Source: Candidatus Altiarchaeota archaeon
GTDB lineage: Archaea > Altiarchaeota > Altiarchaeia > IMC4 > SCGC-AAA252-I15
Direction: 5' to 3'
Assembly: GCA_043800705.1 (NCBI GenBank)
Contig: JAZDMS010000009.1
Location: 1-35,785 of the forward strand
DNA length: 35,785 nucleotides
Made by a program: the position numbers and the translations under genes
In this document: positions 8,857-16,939 of the stretch, one piece after another
How positions within the stretch are numbered: the first letter of the stretch is position 1
How the letters are laid out: the number at the start of each line of letters is the position of its first letter
Notes under the pieces: generated by a model
Databases searched by the model: none
What the model saw: only the letters and a program-made list of their open reading frames with translations
What the model was told of the DNA's origin: nothing

Positions 8857-9126
8857 ATGGGAAAAAGACTCTCTGAATTGTATGGGATGGATATTTACAC
8901 TGTAAAGGCGCAATACGTCGGGAAGGTCGAGGATGTCATCTTGAACCTGGATAAGGGCGAAGTCATGCGCCTTTGTCTCAAAAGCTTCAGGGGCGGGAGC
9001 ATCTCCAGCGACGATGTGCGGAAGGTCCTGCAGGAGGACAGCATCAGCTACGACGACGTCGTAGAGGTCGGAGACATCATCCTCATACAAAAGGCGCCTG
9101 CCGCTCCGAAGACCAGGGCTGCATAG
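8857..9126 (+). CDS. Archaeal PRC-barrel domain protein (CdpB-like)
   Basis: LSELYGMDIYT..YVGKVEDVIL..ISYDDVVEVGDIILI is a typical stand-alone archaeal PRC barrel. Confidence 0.88.
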   Translation: MGKRLSELYGMDIYTVKAQYVGKVEDVILNLDKGEVMRLCLKSFRGGSISSDDVRKVLQEDSISYDDVVEVGDIILIQKAPAAPKTRAA

Positions 9127-9149
9127 GCAAACGACTGCCACCTCATTTT

Positions 9150-9998
9150 ATGGACTTATCCGACGTTTCAGAAATCCTTGAGGCTGCGCTACGCGAAGAC
9201 GTCGGATCAGGAGACGTCACAGCGGCATTTACCCCCAACCGGTGCATAAGGGCAGAGATAACTGCTAACTCGTCAGGGGTCATATCAGGGCTGGAAGAGG
9301 CGATACTCCTGTTCAAGAACCACAAGGTAGCTGCCAAGGCGCACGTCAAGGACGGCGCATCTGTTGAAAAAGGCCAGAAGGTCCTCACATTGGAAGGCCT
9401 GGCACGCGACCTGCTGCCCGTCGAGCGAACCGCATTGAACTTCATATCCCGGATGAGCGGCGTCTCGACCGCGACGCGCGAATACGCTGACGCGCTGAAG
9501 AAGCACGGTTCCAAGGCGAAGATAGTAGCGACGAGGAAGGCGACGCCCGGCCTCATGCGCCTGGAGAAGAAGGCGGTCAAATTGGGGGGCGGCCTCACCC
9601 ACAGGATGGGGCTCTATGACATGATCCTAATCAAAGACAATCACCTTCTCCTTTACGGGGGCGACGTCGGGGCCGCCTTGGCGGATGCGATGCGCGCCAA
9701 AGGCGGGCTGAAGGTGGAGGCCGAGGTCGAAACCGTCAAAGACGCCGTCCTTGCGGCGGAGGGAGGGGCTGACCTGATAATGTTCGACAACATAGGTCCA
9801 TCGGACATCTCCGAGGCCATCAGGATACTGAAAGAGAAAGGCCTTAGGAAAAAGATCCTCCTGGAGGTGTCTGGCGGAGTCACACTCGGAAACATAGGCG
9901 AATACGCCGGTTTGGATGTTGACTGGATATCGTCCGGGAGGCTTACCACCGCTGCTCCCTGGCTGGACTACTCGCTACACATATTGAAAGAAAAATGA
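9150..9998 (+). CDS. nadC: Nicotinate-nucleotide pyrophosphorylase (quinolinate phosphoribosyltransferase)
   Basis: ALREDVGSGDVT, ERTALN, TRKATPG, HRMGLYDMILIKDNH, EAEVE, MFDN, EVSGG. Confidence 0.96.
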   Translation: MDLSDVSEILEAALREDVGSGDVTAAFTPNRCIRAEITANSSGVISGLEEAILLFKNHKVAAKAHVKDGASVEKGQKVLTLEGLARDLLPVERTALNFISRMSGVSTATREYADALKKHGSKAKIVATRKATPGLMRLEKKAVKLGGGLTHRMGLYDMILIKDNHLLLYGGDVGAALADAMRAKGGLKVEAEVETVKDAVLAAEGGADLIMFDNIGPSDISEAIRILKEKGLRKKILLEVSGGVTLGNIGEYAGLDVDWISSGRLTTAAPWLDYSLHILKEK

Positions 9999-10111
9999 AC
10001 ACATGCAGGTTCGAGAAGGGCAGGCCGTGCAATTCGTCGTGCATAGCCTTCGACATTTCCACCCGGTCGTGCAGGGCGCAGGGCGGCGGGGCAGGGGCGT
10101 TCAGGCGCTGA
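9995..10111 (+). CDS. 38-aa four-cysteine microprotein (not in ORF track)
   Basis: ATGA overlap with the nadC stop; MNTCRFEKGRPCNSSCIAFDISTRSCRAQGGGAGAFRR; fills the gap before the convergent gene. Confidence 0.5.
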   Translation: MNTCRFEKGRPCNSSCIAFDISTRSCRAQGGGAGAFRR

Positions 10112-10130
10112 ATCCCTGGCGTCGCATATT

Positions 10131-10688
10131 TCAGACGCAGCACCCTACCCTGGTGCAGGTCTGTTGCGCTGGCATAAGGATGCCTTCGTCCGAAAGGAAG
10201 AATTCGCCCATTATCGCCCCGTCTTTGTCCAAGGCTGTGATATACCATCCGTCCCGTCCGTATTTCTCCTTGGTTGTCCTGTGTTTCACGAATATCCTGC
10301 TGCTCCATCCAACCCAGTCGCAGCCCCAGATGCCGAAGCATTCTCCTCCGGTCTCCTCCGAGTATAGCGTCTTGAGTCTGCCAAGGTTCTCCTTCACCTT
10401 GTAGACTGCATCCTTTACGGATTCAGCCTTGCCTGCGTTTAGTGAGACATTTATCGTCCCGCCCGAGTATGTGGTCATGTTGTCGCCATACTCCAAAACG
10501 CAGGGTAGGACCTGGAAACTCCCCGGAGGCGGTTCCATCACCGTGATCTCCTCGTTGAATATCAGCTCCGGCGGAATGCCCGGCAGTTCTATCGGCTGAG
10601 GCTCATACCTGACGCCTGCACTGTAGGCTAAAGCAAGAATGATTGCGAGAAAGATGACCGCTGCCATGGCAAATACGGCCTTTTTCAT
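10131..10688 (-). CDS. Hypothetical secreted or membrane-anchored Cys-containing protein
   Basis: MKK plus hydrophobic signal or anchor; six Cys including a C-terminal CTRVGCC. Confidence 0.7.
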   Translation of the reverse strand: MKKAVFAMAAVIFLAIILALAYSAGVRYEPQPIELPGIPPELIFNEEITVMEPPPGSFQVLPCVLEYGDNMTTYSGGTINVSLNAGKAESVKDAVYKVKENLGRLKTLYSEETGGECFGIWGCDWVGWSSRIFVKHRTTKEKYGRDGWYITALDKDGAIMGEFFLSDEGILMPAQQTCTRVGCCV

Positions 10689-10762
10689 ATGTAATGTTTG
10701 TTCTGGCGATTATTAAGCGCGGACTAGGCGGTGAAAAAGGCGGCATATCCATTTTATCGGCT

Positions 10763-11752
10763 TCAAGCCACTACTGTCTTCGTCGCTGCCTTCCTGAGCC
10801 TGTTCATGACTGCGAGGCCGAGGCCTTTTTCAGTCGTTGCTTCCGCGATTATGATGTCCGCTCTTTCCTTGTCGTATTTTCTCATTAGTCCGTAGAGCTG
10901 AGCAGCCGTCCGGGCCTGGGTTTTGCCTTTGGCGCCGATGATGCGGGCCTTCTTCCCCTTGGCCGTGTATCCTGCCGCAAGTTCCATCGCCTTTGCCGCG
11001 ACGTCTTTCTCTTCGCCCACGACGAGGATGAGTCTGGCCTTCGGCGCGTAGTGGCGGTATTTCATACCAGGCGACCGGGGCTTCTTCTCGTTTTTTGAAG
11101 GCTGGTGGACCCTGACGTCCTTGAGGATCCTCCTTATCTGCTCTACCGTGACTGCGCCGGGCCTCAGGATAGTCGGAGTCTTCGTTGACATGTCTATGAC
11201 TGTGGATTCGACGCCGATTCTTGAGGGCCCTCCGTCGATGATGGCGTCTATCTGTCCGTCTAGGTCATTCTTGACGTGTGCTGCGGTAGTGGGGCTCGGC
11301 TTTCCTGAAGAGTTCGCCGACGGGGCGGCTATGGGGACGTTCGCCTCCCTCAGGAGGGCGAGGGCTACCGGATGGTCAGGCATCCTTAATGCGACGGTGT
11401 TCAGTCCCGCGGTAGTCTCCTTCGGGACTGAACCGTCCTTAGGGAGTATGATGGTTAGCGGACCGGGCCAGAACTTTTTGGTCAGCCTAATCGCCTTCAG
11501 GGGGAACCTTTTTACGAGCCTCTTCGCATCCTTTACGGAGGCTACGTGGACGATCATCGGGTTGTCTCTGGGTCTTCCCTTCGCCTTGTAGATTTTACGT
11601 ACTGCCTTGGAGTTCAATGCGTCGGCTCCGAGTCCGTACACGGTCTCCGTCGGGAATGCGACGAGGCCGGCCGAGGTGAGGATATTCGCGGCCTGGGAGA
11701 TCTTTGCCTTGTCGGGGTTTTTTGAATCTACCCTTATGAACCGCGTTTTCAT
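10763..11752 (-). CDS. sua5: Threonylcarbamoyl-AMP synthase Sua5 (YrdC + SUA5 domains)
   Basis: VAFPTETVYGLGA, KGRPRDNP, FWPGPLT, AAPSAN.SG, GVESTV, PGMKYRHYAP, NRLRKAA. Confidence 0.97.
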   Translation of the reverse strand: MKTRFIRVDSKNPDKAKISQAANILTSAGLVAFPTETVYGLGADALNSKAVRKIYKAKGRPRDNPMIVHVASVKDAKRLVKRFPLKAIRLTKKFWPGPLTIILPKDGSVPKETTAGLNTVALRMPDHPVALALLREANVPIAAPSANSSGKPSPTTAAHVKNDLDGQIDAIIDGGPSRIGVESTVIDMSTKTPTILRPGAVTVEQIRRILKDVRVHQPSKNEKKPRSPGMKYRHYAPKARLILVVGEEKDVAAKAMELAAGYTAKGKKARIIGAKGKTQARTAAQLYGLMRKYDKERADIIIAEATTEKGLGLAVMNRLRKAATKTVVA

Positions 11753-11791
11753 GGCAGTATATTGTCCCGCCAGCGAGAAATAGGCGCCTTT

Positions 11792-11950
11792 CTACGGTCC
11801 GGTGAAGCCGCACTTGGTGCACCTGTATTTGGCTGCCAGCGTCCTGCAGGATTCGCACCTGATAATGGTCTCCATGGAGCAGCTTGGGCATTTGAATTCG
11901 CTGTACCTGAACACGGCCTCCTTGCCGCAGCTTGAGCATTTCTTAACCAT
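11792..11950 (-). CDS. 52-aa archaeal zinc-ribbon protein, DUF1610/HVO_2753 family (not in ORF track)
   Basis: MVKKCSSCGKEAVFRYSEFKCPSCSMETIIRCESCRTLAAKYRCTKCGFTGP: four CxxC motifs and the characteristic CGFxGP end. Confidence 0.93.
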   Translation of the reverse strand: MVKKCSSCGKEAVFRYSEFKCPSCSMETIIRCESCRTLAAKYRCTKCGFTGP

Positions 11951-12186
11951 GGTCTATAATTACGCCCTCGCCCTTTAAGAATGCTGGATATGGCAAAAAT
12001 GGCGGTCTTCTGGGGGTATCTGGCAAGGCGACAGTTCAGCGGGCGCCGACATTCCTGCCTGTTTTATCGGGCCTCATGGTCGGCTGGGTTACGTTTGCGA
12101 TCTGGTGGGCCTGCTGAGGGAGATAGAGGACGAGGCGTTGGAAAAGGCCGCTATACCGGTGGGTTCGGGTTTTTAGCGGCTGCGGG

Positions 12187-12209
12187 AAGTATGTCATGCA
12201 AGTATGTCA
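12187..12209 (+). repeat. Two direct AAGTATGTCA boxes at 13-bp spacing
   Basis: AAGTATGTCA at 12187-12196 and 12200-12209. GTATGTCATGC is identical to 15546-15556. Confidence 0.7.
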
Positions 12210-12415
12210 CTGAATAATCGGCGGGATTCTGCGGCCTACATGTCATTGTGGTGCTGTGGGGATGTTCTGCGGGCCTTTGTGGGTTTGGGGGCCGGAGGCG
12301 GGGGTGTGGTGATTCGACGCCGCAAGGCAGATGGTCAAGTCCATGCTCGAATTCGATCCGCCTTTTACAGCGTATTTAATCGGCTTTGATGTAGAGTTAA
12401 GGGAGGAGTCCAAAG

Positions 12416-13723
12416 ATGGTTGGCGAAGCTAAGGCGGGGGATAAGGTAGAGGTCATGTATCAGGGGAAAACGCATGTCGGCATCCTGATGCAGCGTCCTG
12501 GTCTGGCCCCTTCTGGCATCGTCACGTTGAAGCTCGCAAGCGGCTACGACATCGGCCTCGTGGAGTCAAAGGTAGAATCAGTCCGCGTCCTTGAGTCTTC
12601 GATGGCAATGAAGCGGCATACCGGCGGCGACGTCTCTTCGGAACCTTCCCTGCCGACGGTCTCGATACTCTCGACGGGCGGGACAATAGCGTCCAAAGTA
12701 GACTACAGGACCGGGGGGGTCTACGCGGCGTCGAGCGCATCCGACCTTCTGGAAAGCATGCCTGAACTCAGCCGGCTGGCCAATATACGGACTGATTCGG
12801 TTATGAACGTCATGAGCGAAGACATGAACCCGAAACTGTGGGTCAAGATCGCGCATGCTGTGGCAAAGGAACTCAACGGGGGCGTAGACGGCGTCGTCGT
12901 CACGCACGGAACCGATACGATGGGATACTCCGCCGCGGCCCTCTCCTTCATGCTGAGAGGTCTTGGCAAACCGGTGGTGTTGACCGGCGCCCAGAGGTCT
13001 ACCGACCGGGGGTCTGCGGATTCGTTCCTAAACCTCGCGTGTGCCGTCGCTTTCGCAAAATCCGACTACGCCGGCGTCTATCTTGTCATGCACGGCAGCA
13101 TGTCCGACAGCTTCTGCCTCGCCCACAGGGGTACAAAGGTCCGGAAGATGCACACCACCCGCAGGGACGCCTTCAGGTCGGTCAACTCGTCCCCGGTTGC
13201 GAGAATACTCCCTGACGGGAAAATAGAGCCCCTCTCGTCCGGCCTTCCGCAAAGGTCAGAATCCACTGTGTCGGTCGATGCAAACCTCGAGGAAAAGGTG
13301 GCTCTGGTAAAGGCATATCCCGGGATGGATCCGGGCATACTAGACTACCACCTCAAGAAGGGGGTAAGGGGTGTAGTCATCGAAGGGACTGCGTTAGGCC
13401 ATGTCCCGACCACCATCAAGGAGACATCGCTCATCCCGGGAATAGAAAAACTCATATCCTCCGGTGTGCTCGTGGCAATGACTACCCAATGCCTTTTTGG
13501 CCGGGTCAATCCGTACGTATACAGCAACCTAAGAGAAGTCTCCTCCAAGGGAGTCGTCTACTGCGAGGACATGTTGCCTGAAACCGCGTACGCCAAGATG
13601 ATCTGGGCACTTGGTAAGTCACGGAATGTGCAGGCGGCGAAGTCCTTGATGCTTCAGAACATCGCAGGCGAGATCACAACCCGGACCGAAGCTGACGAAT
13701 CGTCAGCTGACTTAATGTTGTGA
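12416..13723 (+). CDS. gatD: Glutamyl-tRNA(Gln) amidotransferase subunit D
   Basis: GatD N-domain (LKLASGYDIG) plus asparaginase-like STGGTIASKVDYRTG, HGTDT, GAQRSTDR, KMHTTRRDAF, DMLPETAY. SD GGAGG. Confidence 0.97.
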   Translation: MVGEAKAGDKVEVMYQGKTHVGILMQRPGLAPSGIVTLKLASGYDIGLVESKVESVRVLESSMAMKRHTGGDVSSEPSLPTVSILSTGGTIASKVDYRTGGVYAASSASDLLESMPELSRLANIRTDSVMNVMSEDMNPKLWVKIAHAVAKELNGGVDGVVVTHGTDTMGYSAAALSFMLRGLGKPVVLTGAQRSTDRGSADSFLNLACAVAFAKSDYAGVYLVMHGSMSDSFCLAHRGTKVRKMHTTRRDAFRSVNSSPVARILPDGKIEPLSSGLPQRSESTVSVDANLEEKVALVKAYPGMDPGILDYHLKKGVRGVVIEGTALGHVPTTIKETSLIPGIEKLISSGVLVAMTTQCLFGRVNPYVYSNLREVSSKGVVYCEDMLPETAYAKMIWALGKSRNVQAAKSLMLQNIAGEITTRTEADESSADLML

Positions 13724-13746
13724 CTTACTTTTGGCTCATTTGATTA
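13708..13746 (-). repeat. TGACTTA box array at the gatD 3' end; imperfect inverted copy of 15511-15553
   Basis: TGACTTA at 13708 and 13721, degenerate TGGCTCA at 13732. TGTGACTTACTTTTG (13719-13733) is the exact reverse complement of 15529-15543. Confidence 0.8.
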
Positions 13747-13836
13747 TGCGCAGAAGACCATATCCTCCCTATTGGAGATGTATGCGAACGCTCCTGCGCT
13801 TAATGGTAAAAACTACGGCATTTAAGACGCAGATAT

Positions 13837-13998
13837 CTATCCTTTGAGTTTTGTGATGACTTCCAGGAGGTCCTTCAGGCTGTCATAGATAATGAAACTG
13901 TTCCTGAGCTTTTCCGCATCGCTCTCTCCGAGTGCGTTGAGCTTCTTAAGCTTCACATACTGTTCATCAGTCAACGTCACAAGAACCTTCTTACTCAT
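13837..13998 (-). CDS. 53-aa ribbon-helix-helix (CopG-like) DNA-binding protein (not in ORF track)
   Basis: MSKKVLVTLTDEQYVKLKKLNALGESDAEKLRNSFIIYDSLKDLLEVITKLKG: alternating beta strand, helix, GxS turn, helix. SD-like GGTGTGAT and TATA-like TTTATATA upstream. Confidence 0.8.
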   Translation of the reverse strand: MSKKVLVTLTDEQYVKLKKLNALGESDAEKLRNSFIIYDSLKDLLEVITKLKG

Positions 13999-14006
13999 AT
14001 CACACC

Positions 14007-14036
14007 AGATAATATATTATCTACAAGATATATAAA
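14007..14036 (-). promoter_or_regulatory. Perfect 16-bp palindromic operator plus TATA box of the RHH gene
   Basis: AGATAATATATTATCT at 14007-14022; TTTATATA on the minus strand at 14029-14036. Confidence 0.65.
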
Positions 14037-14174
14037 TAAGATATTTACCGCCCATCTAGGGATACTATATAGCTACTCCTAATATATTCTCCCGGATATC
14101 TATTGGTTATAAATCTGCAGGCTATGTGAGAGTTGGTTATATCGCATTTTCAGACTGAATTAAAAATTCATGAC

Positions 14175-15356
14175 TTATTTTTTTGCCAATAATCGTCGTG
14201 CATTGTCTGAAAGCGTATAAACATACTGTAAACGGCCTATACGACTTTCTTTCCCCCTTCTGACAATGACGGGATAGGGTACGTTCGGCTTTCTTGCGAC
14301 TTCCATCTTGTTTAGGCCGCGTAATTTCCTGATCAATGATCCGATGCTTCTGATGTCCTTCTTCAGCGTCTCAGACAGCTCAGAGATGCTCAGCGACTCA
14401 TGTTCCAGAAGAAGGTTTACGATGTCCTGCTGGGTGGGTGACAGCTCGTTCATGAATCCATAAATCCCTTCCCTTTTGGCTAAGATGGGCTCTTCCGCCA
14501 ATTCCTCTGCGGATTCTTCCCCTGCGTCGTCGGCTTCGTCGGCAGGCTGGGCAACATCTCTTACGGGCGGAATCTGCTCAAGCCTCCCCAGGACGCTTTC
14601 GACGAAGTTGGTGTCGACCGACTCTATCCCCTTGGCAGCACACTCCTCGATGACCTTCTGGCCGTTCTCGAGAAGCTGCCTCGGAACCTGTGAAGATGAC
14701 TCGCAGAGCCTCCTTAGGCCGTCTTTCGTAAACGGGGCTATGCTTCTTCCCCCCGCCCATTCGATTCGTTCCTTGACCAACTCCTCCAGGTCCTCCAGCT
14801 CAAAGGCCCTCAGCCTTATAGACTTGGATTTGCGGTCCCGGAAGCTAGTTTCTGCCGTTATATTGTCTTCCAGGCCAGGCAGGCCGAGGAATATCATGAA
14901 TAGGTTGTCTGCGCGGTCATTGAGTATCCTCAGCCATTTGAAGATATCATTGTCGTAATCCTGGGCCTCGTCGAATATGAGGAGCATCTTTTCGGAGCCA
15001 AGACTCTTCTGCAACACCTCGCCGAATGAGGTCCGGTCCGGGTTGAAAAACAGCCTCTTATACACAGGGAGGGCGTTTTTTATCCTCCTCATCAGGACCT
15101 CGACAGGTTCGTAGCTGTTGAAGGCCACTACATATCCGATGCTTGCTGGCTTTTCCATAACCAGCTGATTCATGAATGTGGTTTTCCCGTAGCCTATAGG
15201 GGCTGTGATAACCATAATCCTGTCCCAGCCCCCGATACATTCACGGACTTCATCATACTCCTCCATTCGCCCTATGATGGGTATGTCAAGTGATGTGGAT
15301 TTGATGAACGGGCTCTTGGTCCATCCCAATTTCCTGTAGTATTCTTCTCTATCCAT
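14175..15356 (-). CDS. AAA+ ATPase (ExeA/AAA_22-like) with acidic linker and C-terminal winged-helix domain
   Basis: YYRKLGWTKSPF N-terminus, Walker A APIGYGKTT, Walker B LLIFDEAQ, Arg-finger region SFRDR, sensor-2-like VPR, acidic linker, then LSPTQQDIVNLL..LSISELSETL..IGSLIRKL..YVYTLS (wHTH pattern). Confidence 0.88.
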   Translation of the reverse strand: MDREEYYRKLGWTKSPFIKSTSLDIPIIGRMEEYDEVRECIGGWDRIMVITAPIGYGKTTFMNQLVMEKPASIGYVVAFNSYEPVEVLMRRIKNALPVYKRLFFNPDRTSFGEVLQKSLGSEKMLLIFDEAQDYDNDIFKWLRILNDRADNLFMIFLGLPGLEDNITAETSFRDRKSKSIRLRAFELEDLEELVKERIEWAGGRSIAPFTKDGLRRLCESSSQVPRQLLENGQKVIEECAAKGIESVDTNFVESVLGRLEQIPPVRDVAQPADEADDAGEESAEELAEEPILAKREGIYGFMNELSPTQQDIVNLLLEHESLSISELSETLKKDIRSIGSLIRKLRGLNKMEVARKPNVPYPVIVRRGKESRIGRLQYVYTLSDNARRLLAKK

Positions 15357-15360
15357 TTGC

Positions 15361-15556
15361 TAAATCAATTTGATTTTAATCATTAAAAAACCAAAAAAAG
15401 GAGTCAAAAAATGATTCATGGACTTATCATGACTTATATTCTTGACTTAAAATTTATTGGGTTAAAAAGATTAATTCACCATATTTTTTCCGAAAAAATA
15501 AAATCAAAAAGTAAGTCAAAGTGAGTCACAAAAGTAAGTCACATTGTATGTCATGC
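15361..15556. promoter_or_regulatory. AT-rich region with inverted arrays of TGACTTA/TAAGTCA boxes (origin- or centromere-like)
   Basis: Left: GGACTTA 15420, TGACTTA 15430 and 15443. Right: TAAGTCA 15512, TGAGTCA 15522, TAAGTCA 15535, TATGTCA 15547. An AT-rich spacer between them contains the palindrome TATTTTTTC-C-GAAAAAATA (15482-15500). The repeats are certain; the function is inferred. Confidence 0.7.
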
Positions 15557-15726
15557 TATTTACTCCTAAACCCCAGAATACCTCAACATTCCTGTTGTAG
15601 ATGAATGCGAGATGTGCTGTTTAAGGATAAATACTCCGGCATTTGGGCTGGAGATATTTAATATATCCATGAGCGCATAATACAACTCCGTAGCCCGGAT
15701 TTAGATTGTAATTCACTGGCGGAAAA

Positions 15727-16938
15727 ATGTTTGTTGGGATCGACGACACTGATTCGGTTGACGGCATGTGCACCACATACCTTGCCGCAAGACTATGCCT
15801 CAAACTAGGGGTGAAAGAGACCCCCTGCCTAATCAGACTGAACCCGAACATCCCATACAAGACCCGGGGCAACGGAGCGGTCGCATTCAAGACCGAGAAG
15901 CGGCACAAGAAGGAAATCCTCTCCTTTGTGAAAAAGAACTCGATGCTGGATGACCCTAAGACGAATCCCGGCGTCGTCTTCCTTGGAGACGAATCCCGCT
16001 CCCCCATGCTCCAAGAATTCTATCGACGGGCCGTCTCGGAACACGTCACCATCGAAGAAGCGGAAACAGCCGCATCATCAGCCCGGGCAGAATTCCATAA
16101 GTTCAAGAACGGGAGGGGGATCATAGGAGCCCTCGCAGCGATCGGCTTCACCGGAGACAGGACCTATGAGATCATCGCCTACAGGGACCGTGCGAATTGG
16201 GGTCAGCCGGCAAGGAAAATAGACCTGGAATCGGTCCGCAGGATGGACAGGGAACTGTACCCGAAGGTATTCGACAACATCGGCGCGGACGGAAAAAGGA
16301 TCCTAATAACCCCCAGAGGACACGACCCGATATTCTGTGGAATACGGGGAACATCCGAGGATGCGGTGAACGCAGCATGGGATATGGTGAAGCCGCTTGA
16401 AGCGATAGAGCTCGTTCAGGTATTCGCGACCAATCAGGCCACCGACGCCCACCTGAGGCGAAAAGGCATCGGCGAGCTGAAGCCCTATGATTGTGCAATC
16501 GTCACCGGCAGGGTAATCTCTAAACCGGGGACGGTGGCCGGAGGCCATACGATCTTCAGGCTCGAAGACGATACCGGGGCGATAGACTGTGCTGCATATA
16601 AGAAGTCCGGCAGCTTCCGAAAAATTGTAGCCAACCTAGAAGTCGGCGACAAGGTATCCGCATATGGGGGGCTGGGAAAATACCACAAAACACTTAACCT
16701 GGAGAAAATCGAGGTCTTGTCTCTTAGCATCAGGGAGACTGTGGAAATCCCGTCCTGTTGCGGAAAGAACATGACATCAACTGGGAGAGACGGGGGATAC
16801 AAGTGTAAAAAATGTGGCAAAAGAATAAGTCACAAGGAAGTCAAAGTAAGTCACGGTTTTGGGGCTATTTCCCCAGGCACATACGATGTGCCTCCTGGAT
16901 CTAGAAGGCACCTTAGCAGACCTGTTTTCCTCCGGTAG
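15727..16938 (+). CDS. tiaS: tRNA(Ile2) agmatinylcytidine synthetase
   Basis: GIDDTDS.DGMCTTY, LIRLNPNIPYKTRGNGA, GRGIIGALAA, TNQATDAHL, OB fold (GGH..CAAY..LNLEK), Zn ribbon, RRHLSRP. Confidence 0.96.
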   Translation: MFVGIDDTDSVDGMCTTYLAARLCLKLGVKETPCLIRLNPNIPYKTRGNGAVAFKTEKRHKKEILSFVKKNSMLDDPKTNPGVVFLGDESRSPMLQEFYRRAVSEHVTIEEAETAASSARAEFHKFKNGRGIIGALAAIGFTGDRTYEIIAYRDRANWGQPARKIDLESVRRMDRELYPKVFDNIGADGKRILITPRGHDPIFCGIRGTSEDAVNAAWDMVKPLEAIELVQVFATNQATDAHLRRKGIGELKPYDCAIVTGRVISKPGTVAGGHTIFRLEDDTGAIDCAAYKKSGSFRKIVANLEVGDKVSAYGGLGKYHKTLNLEKIEVLSLSIRETVEIPSCCGKNMTSTGRDGGYKCKKCGKRISHKEVKVSHGFGAISPGTYDVPPGSRRHLSRPVFLR

Positions 16939-16939
16939 G

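Noticed and set aside
11951-12415. Short ORFs 11981-12217 and 12204-12389, or an ncRNA, in the long intergenic gap
   Set aside because: No recognisable motifs, SD or RNA fold; only the two AAGTATGTCA boxes are supportable.
14102-14147. Archaeal dif site (ATTGGTTATAA resembles a Thermococcales dif arm)
   Set aside because: No complementary arm at 6-bp spacing.
14175-15356. Calling the ATPase cdc6/orc1 or parA/segA
   Set aside because: It lacks the deviant KGGxGKT Walker A of ParA, I do not recognise canonical Orc1/Cdc6 motifs, and the adjacent repeats are not ORB/G-string elements. Left without a gene symbol.
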